The notes under the pieces are model-generated. The model worked only from the letters and a program-made list of their open reading frames with translations. It did no database searches and was not told the origin of the DNA. From an uncultured Peptostreptococcaceae bacterium (lineage in GTDB: Bacteria; Bacillota; Clostridia; Peptostreptococcales; Filifactoraceae), in NCBI GenBank assembly GCA_963521605.1, contig CAUQVF010000007.1, positions 8,388 through 72,387 on the forward strand: a stretch of 64,000 nt of DNA, given 5' to 3'. Below, piece after piece: positions 27,653 through 36,949 of the stretch. Positions within the stretch are counted from its first letter, which is position 1, and every line of letters begins with the position of its first letter. The translations under genes and the position numbers were made by a program.

Positions 27653-29015
27653 TTAATAATCCTCCGATTTTAGTTGTACCGTTCGGTATATCAATTTCTC
27701 CAATTTTAGTTGGACTGTTAGGTATATCAATTCCTCCAATTTTAGTTAGACTGTTCGGTATACCAATTTCTCTGCTTATATATGCTGCCTTATCCGCCTT
27801 ATTGTCATTTTTAAGTTGCGCCAGTAAATCTCCTACCAATGCCGGTTTCATCTTTTTTAAAACATCAATTGCCATCTGTCTTTCATTTATAGAAAAACTT
27901 CTCATATTATCAATCCTATAATTTTTATATATAGGATTTGTATTGACTAATTTATCTATTATTTTTGCCAAGTCGGCAGACTGCATTTTTTCATAAGCTT
28001 TTCTCAGTATATCGACATCTTCATCATATTTTTTTAGAACTTTTAATGAATTTGCCACAACTGTTGAAAAACTTCCTTCAAAATTCATCTGATAATCTTC
28101 AAAATTCTTGATTTCAGTAAGAATTGCCTGAACCTTGGACTCGTCTTCAAAATTCTTAAGTATCTTTGCTGCACTTAGGTAGTCCATATTGGAAAAAATA
28201 ACTGCAAGTTGATCGTTGCTGAACTTTTTGGCATCCTGTAATTCCTTGGCTGCCATCTTTTCTTCAGTCTTTTCGTAAAGTGCGCCAAGAGATGTATATT
28301 TTCTTAGAAATTCCAAGTAGTTTTGTCTTTCTCTTTCCACTGATTCGTTAAACTCTTTAGTAAATCTGTTTCTTATTCCCTCTATATAGTTAGGATTGGT
28401 ATAATTTAATATCTTTGCCACCGTCCCTGCCTTCATACGTGATAATGCAGATGATACTTTGTCATAGTTTTTACCTGATTGCAATTCCTTTTTTATAGCA
28501 TCTACAGCTCCCTTTATACCTAAAGACTCATAATACTTTGCAAGCTCATCACTTTGAGATGAATTTTGCTTTTTCATCTCCTCATACTCACTTTTTATTA
28601 TATCCGAATTGCTTTGAGCTATATTTATATAATTCCTTATTTTAGAAGTCTTGTCGGGATTTATCACTGTCATTGAAGACATTAAGCTTTCATAAGCCTT
28701 GTTGTCGCTTTTTTTTATGTCAAGCATCTTATTTCCGGCGTCTTCTACACTCATCATAGTATAGTATTTAGCAAGCTCTGATATTCTCGTATCTCCTGAG
28801 ATTTTCGCCTTTTCTTCAAGCTGTTTTTGTGCGTTATACGACTTGATTTGTGTATCTATAATAGATTTTGCTCTTTCATTTGTAAGATACAATATTCCTA
28901 TTGTTGCAGCTATTACCAAAAAAAACACTACAATAACCGCAAGTCCTATCTTTATCTTTGTAAAAATGGATGTCTTTTTAGGCTGACTGTTCAATACTTC
29001 CTGTTGCACGCTCAC
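27630..29015 (-). CDS. MotE/YlxF-like flagellar protein (repeated MgtE-N-like helical segments), enlarged
   Basis: 461 aa. Lies between fliJ and fliK, where Bacillus has ylxF. It has one N-terminal TM helix and recurring ..AKIL.. helical segments (VAKILNYTNP, AAKILKNFEDE, LAKIIDKLVN, VGDLLAQLKND). GTG start 8 nt after AAGGAG. Its 3' end overlaps the fliK start by 23 nt. Confidence 0.55.
   Translation of the reverse strand: MSVQQEVLNSQPKKTSIFTKIKIGLAVIVVFFLVIAATIGILYLTNERAKSIIDTQIKSYNAQKQLEEKAKISGDTRISELAKYYTMMSVEDAGNKMLDIKKSDNKAYESLMSSMTVINPDKTSKIRNYINIAQSNSDIIKSEYEEMKKQNSSQSDELAKYYESLGIKGAVDAIKKELQSGKNYDKVSSALSRMKAGTVAKILNYTNPNYIEGIRNRFTKEFNESVERERQNYLEFLRKYTSLGALYEKTEEKMAAKELQDAKKFSNDQLAVIFSNMDYLSAAKILKNFEDESKVQAILTEIKNFEDYQMNFEGSFSTVVANSLKVLKKYDEDVDILRKAYEKMQSADLAKIIDKLVNTNPIYKNYRIDNMRSFSINERQMAIDVLKKMKPALVGDLLAQLKNDNKADKAAYISREIGIPNSLTKIGGIDIPNSPTKIGEIDIPNGTTKIGGLLNGEDNFK
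27661..27768. repeat. Three imperfect 36-bp in-frame tandem repeats at the 3' end of the MotE/YlxF-like gene
   Basis: Units at 27661-27696, 27697-27732 and 27733-27768 (cctccgattttagttgtaccgttcggtatatcaatt and two variants). They encode IGIPNSLTKIGG / IDIPNSPTKIGE / IDIPNGTTKIGG. Confidence 0.9.
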
Positions 29016-29027
29016 TGTAAAATCTCC

Positions 29028-29471
29028 TTAATAATTTTTCCTTGCCGTAAAACTTACAATTTCATCTATTATCTTTTCTTCATCTTTTGATTCTTTTTCC
29101 AAAAACTTCTGATAGTCCTTGTCTTTTAAGTTCTCATAAGACTTTCTCTGTCTTCTTATGTCTATAAATTCTTCCTTCTTGTCTTCCAAGTTTTTTTGTA
29201 ATATATCTATCTCTTCTACTTTTTGCCTTATGGCGGTATTTTTCAGATAGTCTATATATTTGTTTAGTTCCAGTAATTCTTGGATTGATGAACCGTTTGA
29301 ATTTTTTTCCTGTCTATGCTTATAGTTTTCTTCCAGTTCATCATAGAGCTCTTTCAATTGCTTTTTTGCCTTTTCAATCTCAAAATTAACAAGGCTCATT
29401 TCATTTTTCTTATTATCTTCTTCCTTTTCCTTGACATCCAGTACCTTTTGCAATCTGAATTTATAAGCCAT
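29028..29471 (-). CDS. fliJ: Flagellar export chaperone FliJ
   Basis: Coiled-coil protein after fliI beginning MAYKFRLQKVLDVKEKEE. I trimmed the start to ATG 29471, which has an AAGGTGA RBS 5 nt upstream. Confidence 0.75.
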   Translation of the reverse strand: MAYKFRLQKVLDVKEKEEDNKKNEMSLVNFEIEKAKKQLKELYDELEENYKHRQEKNSNGSSIQELLELNKYIDYLKNTAIRQKVEEIDILQKNLEDKKEEFIDIRRQRKSYENLKDKDYQKFLEKESKDEEKIIDEIVSFTARKNY

Positions 29472-29538
29472 ACAAATCACCTTTTATACAATCGACAAAT
29501 TTTATAAAAACATTCACCCAAATATTACGTTTACTTAA

Positions 29539-30858
29539 TTAAAAATCAGTTATTATCTGTCCTATCATATCTTCTATCTGTGAAAAAGTGTATTTGTCAT
29601 GAACACCCTGTTTCAAGAAATTGTTTATCTCGTCATTTTTTTCTATAGCAAAGTCAACTTTTTTGCTTGAACCTTTGACATAAGCACCTATACTTATCAA
29701 ATCTTCCGAATCCTTGTATGTGGCAAGCAAATCTCTCATAACTCCAACTTTCTTCATATGTTCGCCGCTCATTATAGAAGGCATTACTCTGGAAACTGAA
29801 GCCAGCACATCTATAGCAGGATAGTGATTCTTATTTGCCAAGGCTCTTGACAAGACTATGTGTCCGTCCAATATACCTCTGACAGTATCGGCAATGGGCT
29901 CATTCATATCATCACCGTCAACAAGCACTGTATAAAGTGCTGTTATAGAGCCTTTATCAGAGTTGCCTGAACGCTCAAGCAGTCTTGGAAGCTCAGCAAA
30001 AACAGAAGGCGGGTAACCCTTGGTAACAGGAGGCTCTCCTATAGCAAGTCCCACTTCTCTTTGTGCCATGGAAAATCTTGTTAGCGAGTCCATCATCAGT
30101 ATGACGTTCTTACCCTGATCTCTAAAATATTCTGCGATGGAAGTGGCAAGTAGAGCTCCTTTTTTCCTTACAAGTGCCGGCTGGTCAGATGTTGCAACTA
30201 CAACAACAGAACGACTCAAACCCTCTTCTTTAAGGTCATTTTCGATAAATTCCTTAACTTCCCTACCTCTCTCGCCTATAAGCCCTATGACATTTATATC
30301 TGCTACGGTATTTCTGGCTATCATACCAAGTAGAGTTGACTTCCCTACGCCTGAGCCGGCAAATATACCTATTCTTTGCCCTCTACCGCAGGTAAGCATA
30401 CCGTCTATTACCTTGACTCCAAGCGGTAATGGCTCTCTTATTCTCATCCTTGACAGCGGATTTGGAGGCATATTATTTACAGGATATGCTCGACTTACAT
30501 TTAAGCTCTCCTTATCATCAATAGGTTGACCTAAGCCGTCAAGTACCCTGCCAAGTAAGCTGTCACCTACCTGCACCTCATGGGAATTTCCTGAGGCTAT
30601 AACAGTAGCCCCCGGAGATATGCCCTGCATATCACCAAGTGGCATCAGTAGTACAGCATTTTCAGTAAAACCCACTACTTCTGCCATTACAGGGACATCT
30701 GATTTGACTGGGAATATCTTACACATCTCTCCAACTTGCACTTGAGGACCTATAGATTCAATTGTTAATCCAACAACTTTTGAAACTCTACCCTTGTACT
30801 GTACCAAGGTAGCATCTGAAAGTCTGTCAAAATACTTACTTAAGTCCAATTGTTGCAT
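29539..30858 (-). CDS. fliI: Flagellum-specific ATPase FliI
   Basis: 439 aa with Walker [18 protein letters not shown], Walker [10 protein letters not shown] and F1-ATPase beta-like architecture. Confidence 0.95.
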   Translation of the reverse strand: MQQLDLSKYFDRLSDATLVQYKGRVSKVVGLTIESIGPQVQVGEMCKIFPVKSDVPVMAEVVGFTENAVLLMPLGDMQGISPGATVIASGNSHEVQVGDSLLGRVLDGLGQPIDDKESLNVSRAYPVNNMPPNPLSRMRIREPLPLGVKVIDGMLTCGRGQRIGIFAGSGVGKSTLLGMIARNTVADINVIGLIGERGREVKEFIENDLKEEGLSRSVVVVATSDQPALVRKKGALLATSIAEYFRDQGKNVILMMDSLTRFSMAQREVGLAIGEPPVTKGYPPSVFAELPRLLERSGNSDKGSITALYTVLVDGDDMNEPIADTVRGILDGHIVLSRALANKNHYPAIDVLASVSRVMPSIMSGEHMKKVGVMRDLLATYKDSEDLISIGAYVKGSSKKVDFAIEKNDEINNFLKQGVHDKYTFSQIEDMIGQIITDF

Positions 30859-30898
30859 AATCTACCTTATAAAGAAAAAAACTATAAAAATATAGTTT

Positions 30899-31720
30899 TT
30901 AATCTTTCCTTTCAACTTCAAAGAGTTTTGAAAATTCTTCTTTTAATTTGATAATCTGATCTTCTATCGACGCATTAACTGTGCCGTCATCACTTTCTAT
31001 CTCTATATCTCCACTCCTGTAGCTGTCAACTATCTTTATCTCTATGTCTTGCACCGTAGGAAACATAGACAGTATTCTTGTCCTAAGCATAGATGTCTCT
31101 TCAAAATCATCCCTGCTTATTCTTACAGTAAGCTTTTTCCTAGCATTTAATTCTTCTATAGATGATAAAACGACATTTGTAACCATCTCGTCGTCTTCTT
31201 TTATCCTCTGTCTTATTATCTTCTTCACACATTCAACAGTTAGATTTATTATCTGTTTTTCTGCATTAGCAAAAGATTCCTGTCTGAAATTATGTGCTTC
31301 ATCCAAAATATTCTTAGCCTCTTTAAGCATATAGTCATACTTTGACATAGCCTCTTCAAAGCCCTTTTCATAGCCTTGCCTTTCTTTTTCTTGAAATAGC
31401 TCGGCTATCTTTTCATTGGCACTTTCCACTATTTCTCTTGCTCTTACATTGGCAGTTTCTATTATCCTGTCTGAAAATTCATTGGCACTTTTCTTTATCT
31501 CTTCGGTTTCATTTTGAAGTTTCAATTTTAACTGCTCAAGTTTTTCTACTCTTACCTTTTTTTCCACTTCTTCTTTGAATACCTTGTTTATGGCATCGCC
31601 ATTTTTGTTCAAGGATTCGATACTCTTGGTAGAGGCCTTATTCTCATCCTTTATATCATGATATCCTATGATATATGTGTTTTGAGTCTCGACAAAGTTT
31701 GATTTTATAACTCTAGCCAA
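30899..31720 (-). CDS. fliH: Flagellar assembly protein FliH
   Basis: 273 aa with a charged coiled-coil centre and a FliH-type C-terminal domain. Lies between fliG and fliI. TTG start overlaps the fliG stop. Confidence 0.8.
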   Translation of the reverse strand: MARVIKSNFVETQNTYIIGYHDIKDENKASTKSIESLNKNGDAINKVFKEEVEKKVRVEKLEQLKLKLQNETEEIKKSANEFSDRIIETANVRAREIVESANEKIAELFQEKERQGYEKGFEEAMSKYDYMLKEAKNILDEAHNFRQESFANAEKQIINLTVECVKKIIRQRIKEDDEMVTNVVLSSIEELNARKKLTVRISRDDFEETSMLRTRILSMFPTVQDIEIKIVDSYRSGDIEIESDDGTVNASIEDQIIKLKEEFSKLFEVERKD

Positions 31721-32735
31721 TCAGCTCATCTCCTCCGCCTCTTGAGATTACTATTTCTCCGGCATCTTCCAATCTTCTTATGATGTTTACTATTGCCTGT
31801 TGTGCTTCTTCCACATCTCTCAGTCTTACAGGTCCCATAAAGTCTATATCTTCCTTTATCATCTCAGCCATACGTTTAGACATGTTAGAGAATATCAAGT
31901 CTGAAACCTCAGGCGTAGCACCTTTGAGGGCAACTGTAAGCTGTGTATTTTCAACTTCTCTGATGATTCTTTGAATGGCTGTAGAGTCAAGGTTGATGAC
32001 ATCTTCAAATACAAACATCTTCTTCTTGATTTCATCTGCAAGTTCAGCATCCGACTCCTCAAGATTTTCAATGATGTATTTTTCCGTACCTCTATCCACA
32101 GAGTTGAGTATTTCAACTATGGCATCTATACCGCCTGCCTTTGTATAGTCTTGAGTTACTATATTTGACAGTTTCTTTTCAAGAACTATCTCCACTTCTT
32201 TTATTATCTCAGGATATGTCCTATCCATAGTAGCTATTCTTCTTGCCACCTCTATCTGCTTTTCCTGAGTAAGTGATGATAGTATCTGTCCTGATTTTTC
32301 ATAGTCCAAGTACGAAAGTATCAGAGCTATGGTTTGAGGATGTTCATTTTGTATAAAGTTTGAAAGTTGAGAGACCTCAGCCTTTTTTGCAAAGTCAAAA
32401 GGTTTTACCTGTAGTGAGGCAGTAAGTTTGTTTATAACTTCAAAGGCCTTTTCCTTTCCTAATGATTTTTCAAGGACTTCCTTGGCGTAGTTGATACCAC
32501 CCTCAGATATATAGTCCTGAGCCACACACATATCGTAAAACTCTTCAAGTATCTCCTCTTTTATATCAGGATCGACCTTCTTGACATTGGCAATCTCAAG
32601 TGTCATCTCTTCTATCTCTTCATCAGTCAAATGTTGGTATAGTTTTGAAGAAAACTCAGGTCCCAGACTTATCATCAATATAGCCGCTTTTTGTTTTCCG
32701 TATAATTTTGATTTTTCCTGTTTGCCTGCTGCCAA
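31713..32735 (-). CDS. fliG: Flagellar rotor/switch protein FliG
   Basis: 340 aa with KAAILMISLG, EIANVKKVD, MFVFEDV and the C-terminal torque-helix region. Apparent TTG start after AGGGGGAAG. Confidence 0.95.
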   Translation of the reverse strand: MAAGKQEKSKLYGKQKAAILMISLGPEFSSKLYQHLTDEEIEEMTLEIANVKKVDPDIKEEILEEFYDMCVAQDYISEGGINYAKEVLEKSLGKEKAFEVINKLTASLQVKPFDFAKKAEVSQLSNFIQNEHPQTIALILSYLDYEKSGQILSSLTQEKQIEVARRIATMDRTYPEIIKEVEIVLEKKLSNIVTQDYTKAGGIDAIVEILNSVDRGTEKYIIENLEESDAELADEIKKKMFVFEDVINLDSTAIQRIIREVENTQLTVALKGATPEVSDLIFSNMSKRMAEMIKEDIDFMGPVRLRDVEEAQQAIVNIIRRLEDAGEIVISRGGGDELIG

Positions 32736-32747
32736 GACTCTTCCCCC

Positions 32748-34313
32748 TTACTCCTCTTCAATCCATGTTTTCAACAATTGAGTTACTATTTCCGGATTTT
32801 TCTCTATCAAGTCTTCAATACTCTTTTTCTTTCCGGATTCCTTCATACCTATCTCTATTGCTTCTATTTCTTCCTGTTTCCATATTGGACCGTTTTCTGT
32901 TTTCTTTGTTTCATCTGCTTTCTTTTTAGCTCTTGCTCTTCTAAGCATTGTAACCGTTAGTAGTATCAAAGGTATAAGAGCTATGACTGCAATTGCTATC
33001 CACTGCCACATCGGAATACTTCCTTGAGCATTTTTAGCTGACAAGTCATCCACCTTGTTGAAGCTTTCTGCAAATACTTCTACAGCCTTGGTATCAAGTC
33101 CTGTAGCAGTAGTAATCAGGTTAACTATCTGAGTTCTTTTTTCATCAGACAATTCTCCACCTTCAAGTGTATCCTTATTCAATATGACAGACACTGTAAC
33201 TGAATCTATAGTTCCTCTTGCTTTTTCAACATTTTTAACTATTTCATTGAGTTCGTAGTTTACTGTACTTTCACTTCTGTTATAGCTTGAATTGCCGTTT
33301 TCATCAACTGTAACGTAGTTTGTAGTACCGCCAGCCTCGTTGTTATTTGAAGTAACACCCGGAGTACCCAATGAGTTATTCTTATTTTCAACCTGTTCTT
33401 TTTGTTGCTGTTCACTTCTTACCAGACCTGATGTTTCGCCCTCAACAGGAGGAGTAAATGTCTTAGTTTGAGTAGTTTCATTGTCAAAATTAAGTTTTAC
33501 TGAAACCATAACAGAAAAATTGTTATAGCCGAACATTGGAGCAAGGAAGTTTTGTAGAGAGTTTTCTATATCTCTTTTGACCTTTTCCTGCATCTCCAAG
33601 TTAGTTCCTGTCTGCATATTTGCATTTTGTCCTGTAGCATTTTGGTTTAATATCTGACCGTTAGGTCCATGTATTGTAACATTTTGAGGTTCAAGTCCCT
33701 CTACAGAGCCTGCAACCATCGACGCTATACCGTTTATAGAGTCTTGAGAAAGCTGACTTCCGTTTTTGAGTATAAGCATAACACTGGCCTTTGGCTGTTG
33801 TTTATTTTCACTTAATACAAATTCCGAGTTTTTCGGTATTGCAAGAGTTACTTGTGCCTTTTCAACTGCAGGTATAGACTCTATAATTGATGATATTTGA
33901 TTAGTAAGTGCATATTGCTTAGCTGTATTTTTCTCATCATCACTCATAAACATTGAGTTCATGTTGATAAGATTTGAAAAATCGAACTTCGCATTTGGTA
34001 TATTTTGCCCTGCTAAATCTATCATTATCTTATTTCTGCTACTTTCAGGTACAGAAATAGAGTTTTGGCTGTCTACCTTATACTGCACTCCCATAGAGTC
34101 CAAAGACTGAGTAACCTTGCTCATAGTATTAAGGTCGAGATTACTGTACAATGTCACATATTTTGTCCTGGTAAAATACATAATCATAGATACCATGACA
34201 ATCAATATGAGTGCTATGGATATAGCTACAGTAACTATCTGTTTTTTTGTATACTTTTCAAGATAAGAATTTATGGAATTTCTTACACTATTTATGTTTT
34301 CCAAAACATACAC
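32748..34313 (-). CDS. fliF: Flagellar MS-ring protein FliF
   Basis: 521 aa with an N-terminal TM helix, a YscJ/FliF periplasmic domain, a second TM helix near the C-terminus and a FliG-binding tail. The start is uncertain (GTG 34313 or TTG 34304). Confidence 0.9.
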   Translation of the reverse strand: MYVLENINSVRNSINSYLEKYTKKQIVTVAISIALILIVMVSMIMYFTRTKYVTLYSNLDLNTMSKVTQSLDSMGVQYKVDSQNSISVPESSRNKIMIDLAGQNIPNAKFDFSNLINMNSMFMSDDEKNTAKQYALTNQISSIIESIPAVEKAQVTLAIPKNSEFVLSENKQQPKASVMLILKNGSQLSQDSINGIASMVAGSVEGLEPQNVTIHGPNGQILNQNATGQNANMQTGTNLEMQEKVKRDIENSLQNFLAPMFGYNNFSVMVSVKLNFDNETTQTKTFTPPVEGETSGLVRSEQQQKEQVENKNNSLGTPGVTSNNNEAGGTTNYVTVDENGNSSYNRSESTVNYELNEIVKNVEKARGTIDSVTVSVILNKDTLEGGELSDEKRTQIVNLITTATGLDTKAVEVFAESFNKVDDLSAKNAQGSIPMWQWIAIAVIALIPLILLTVTMLRRARAKKKADETKKTENGPIWKQEEIEAIEIGMKESGKKKSIEDLIEKNPEIVTQLLKTWIEEE

Positions 34314-34370
34314 CTCTGTGAGTCTATTTATAAGTTGAAAACACTGTTTTCAAATTTTCTTTTCATAATA

Positions 34371-34667
34371 CTATATCTGCAATCTTGTTATCTCTTTATA
34401 AGCCTCAGTCACCTTTGAGATGACTTCTGTCAAGGCTTGATATTTCACACTTGCCACTCCCTTAGCAATAGACAAGTCATGTATATTTTCAAGCTCTCCC
34501 GATATCAACTGTCTTGTTAGCTGAGCTTCATATTGTTTGGCATCATTTACATCGTAAATGGCCTTTTTCAAAAAATCGGAAAAACTTACATTGCTGTCTT
34601 TTTTTTCTTCAGCTATATTCCTTATATTATTTAATGGTAAGGTAGTATCTATTTTATTTATTATCAT
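34371..34667 (-). CDS. fliE: Flagellar hook-basal body protein FliE
   Basis: 98 aa with FSDFLKKAI..VN......A.......G....IHD..IA....S... typical of FliE. Follows flgC. Confidence 0.85.
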   Translation of the reverse strand: MIINKIDTTLPLNNIRNIAEEKKDSNVSFSDFLKKAIYDVNDAKQYEAQLTRQLISGELENIHDLSIAKGVASVKYQALTEVISKVTEAYKEITRLQI

Positions 34668-34682
34668 CTTTTATCTCCAGAT

Positions 34683-35120
34683 TTATTTTCCTATATCTAT
34701 AGCCTTTTGAAGCATTGCCTTTGATGTATTTACTGCAGTTGCATTGGCTTCGTATGCTCTTTGTGCTGTAATCATATCCACCATTTCAGTTATCAGTTCG
34801 ACATTTGGCATTTTAACATAGCCGTTTTCATCAGCATCCGGATGACCCGGATCGTATCTCAGTTTAAAGTCACTCTTGTCTTCAACTATACCTACAACTT
34901 CCACACCGCCTGTATCTTTTTTTCTCTTATTTTCAAGGACTGATTTGAAAGAATTGTCTCCTTGTGCCTCCTTAAATACAGCTACCTGTCTTTTATAAGG
35001 AAGTCCATTTTTTGTCCTTGTAGTTTGAGCATTTGCTATATTTTTAGATATTATATCCATCCTCAAACGCTCTGCTGTAAGTGCTGTAGCATTTATATTC
35101 ATTCCTGAAAATATAGACAT
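34683..35120 (-). CDS. flgC: Flagellar proximal rod protein FlgC
   Basis: 145 aa with N-terminal INATALTAERLRMDIISKNIANAQTT and C-terminal VELITEMVDMITAQRAYEAN. Confidence 0.95.
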   Translation of the reverse strand: MSIFSGMNINATALTAERLRMDIISKNIANAQTTRTKNGLPYKRQVAVFKEAQGDNSFKSVLENKRKKDTGGVEVVGIVEDKSDFKLRYDPGHPDADENGYVKMPNVELITEMVDMITAQRAYEANATAVNTSKAMLQKAIDIGK

Positions 35121-35521
35121 TATTTTCTTCCTCCTGTTATTCCACTAATCACAGATTTGAAGTAACTTGAAATCTGATCAGCCACCATAGAATAATTGAT
35201 GTAGTTTTTGACACTGTCCACTTCTTCAGTATCCAAGTTGACATTGTTGCCATCTTCTCTTGTGCTGACAGAGTTATCAGTGGCAAGAAAAGGAGCTGTT
35301 CTTGAAAATGATGGTATTTCAATATGTCTTGTATTGGTAGTTGCACCCTTAAGATGTTGTTTATCATATGATGCAGTCAGATACTCTTCAAATTTTACAT
35401 ATTTTCTCTTGTAATTAGGAGTATTTACATTAGCCAAATTTGAACTTATGCTTTCATTCCTCATACTATAAGCGTCTAAGGCAGTCTTCATGGTGCCTAG
35501 ATAGTCGTTGTTGATTCTCAT
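35120..35521 (-). CDS. flgB: Flagellar proximal rod protein FlgB
   Basis: 133 aa with SSNLANVNTPNYKRK. First gene of the cluster. Confidence 0.9.
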   Translation of the reverse strand: MRINNDYLGTMKTALDAYSMRNESISSNLANVNTPNYKRKYVKFEEYLTASYDKQHLKGATTNTRHIEIPSFSRTAPFLATDNSVSTREDGNNVNLDTEEVDSVKNYINYSMVADQISSYFKSVISGITGGRK

Positions 35522-35700
35522 CCCTTATTCCTCATCATACTTGTAGTCATAATAAATAAATCTTATCCATATCACATTTTTTTCATAATTTTACAAAAAA
35601 AAATGCACTCCCATAATTATATAACATCTGAATAAATTTTACTATAAAAATTTTAAAATTTATAATACAAAATACCTAATTAATAAATTGTAAAAAATGA

Positions 35701-36030
35701 GCAAGTCTATAAGCCGAGTTCAGTATTAAACAGTCATCTATCTACTATCACTGTTGCCAATGACATCTAGCGACCTACCTTTTGGATTAAAGCGAGCAAC
35801 TTTAGTTTTTACATCCTTCTTGGTCTTGCTTCCGGTGGGGTTTACATAACAATGCAGTCGCCTGCATTTTGGTAAGCTCTTACCTTACCTTTCCATCCTT
35901 ACCCTATATAGGGCGGTCTATTTCTGTTGCACTTGCCTTGGAGTCGCCTCCACCGGACGTTATCCGGCACCGTGCTCTGCGAAGCTCGGACTTTCCTCAT
36001 ATATAAAATATGCGACTGTCTGACTTACTC
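35701..36030 (-). ncRNA. rnpB: RNase P RNA (catalytic M1-type RNA)
   Basis: Minus strand contains the universal GAGGAAAGTCCGAGC (P4 5' strand) near the 5' end and ACTGAACTCGGCTTATAG near the 3' end. Terminal P1 pairing is GAGUAAGUC (36030-36022) with GACUUGCUC (35709-35701). It is a GC-rich island in AT-rich DNA. Confidence 0.85.
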
Positions 36031-36215
36031 AAATTTTCAATCAAAAAATACTCAAAAAGTACTAAGACACAATTATATTTTAGCCTTAGAGTTTTTTATC
36101 TTTTTTACACAAATGTAAAATATTTGTAATTATATTATATTTTTTAAATTATTTCAACCTTCATATACAATATTTTTAAATTTTATAGTCCAATTATACA
36201 TATCGGCAAAATTTC

Positions 36216-36698
36216 TTAAATCATCAATATTTTTTCTAATAATACCACTGCTTGTGATGAAATTCCCTCTCCTCTTCCTTCAAAGCCCAATTTTTCAGTT
36301 GTAGTTGCTTTTACAGATACATCATCAATAGAAATTCCAAGCACAGAGGCTATATTTGTCCTCATTTGGTCTATATATGGTCTCATTTTGGGCTCCTGTG
36401 CTATTACTATGCTGTCTATATTTCCTATTTTATAGTTATTTTCTTCAAGCTTTTTTCTTAGTTCAGCAAGCAAAATCAAGGAGTCAATATCCTTGTACTT
36501 CTTGTCATTATCCGGGAACAGACTTCCAATATCTCCTATACACAGAGCTCCGCAAATCGCATCTATTATCGCATGTGTAAGTACATCCGCATCGGAATGT
36601 CCTGCAAGCCCCTTTTCATATGGAATGTCAACCCCGCCTATTATCAGCTTTCTTCCCTCTTCAAATTTGTGAACATCATAGCCTATACCTACTCTCAT
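36216..36698 (-). CDS. ispF: 2-C-methyl-D-erythritol 2,4-cyclodiphosphate synthase
   Basis: 160 aa beginning [12 protein letters not shown]....L.IGGV.IP...[17 protein letters not shown]. Confidence 0.95.
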   Translation of the reverse strand: MRVGIGYDVHKFEEGRKLIIGGVDIPYEKGLAGHSDADVLTHAIIDAICGALCIGDIGSLFPDNDKKYKDIDSLILLAELRKKLEENNYKIGNIDSIVIAQEPKMRPYIDQMRTNIASVLGISIDDVSVKATTTEKLGFEGRGEGISSQAVVLLEKILMI

Positions 36699-36949
36699 AA
36701 TGACCCCCGTTTTACTACTTTATCATAATATATAAGTTTATTAATCCGCTTCATATAATTACCATTTACTCTCTATTTTATAAAATTTTATCTCATTTTA
36801 TTTTTTCACACTAATACCATATCTTCCCTAATTTTTTAAAAAATACTCAAAAAAATAAGACAATACAAAATAATCTGCAAGATTTATTGTATCATCTTAT
36901 TAAATTTACTCTTATTTCACTTTTTATATTACTTTTTACTTGGTCTTTT

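Noticed and set aside
27661-27768. Regularly spaced 36-bp repeats that might suggest a small CRISPR-like array.
   Set aside because: The units are directly adjacent with no spacers. They are imperfect, in frame and inside a coding region, and no cas genes or leader are present. It is a coding tandem repeat.
35927-36118. 63-aa plus-strand ORF.
   Set aside because: It lies antisense within the RNase P RNA gene. The open frame is a by-product of the GC-rich structured RNA.
36200-36207. Perfect SigD -10 octamer GCCGATAT on the minus strand, between the ispF stop and rnpB. It could be taken as a sigma-28 promoter upstream of rnpB and flgB.
   Set aside because: There is no TAAA -35 element at the required ~15-nt spacing; the upstream sequence is ATTGATGATTTAAGAAATTTT. 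A sigma-28-driven rnpB is also biologically unlikely, so I treat this as a chance match.
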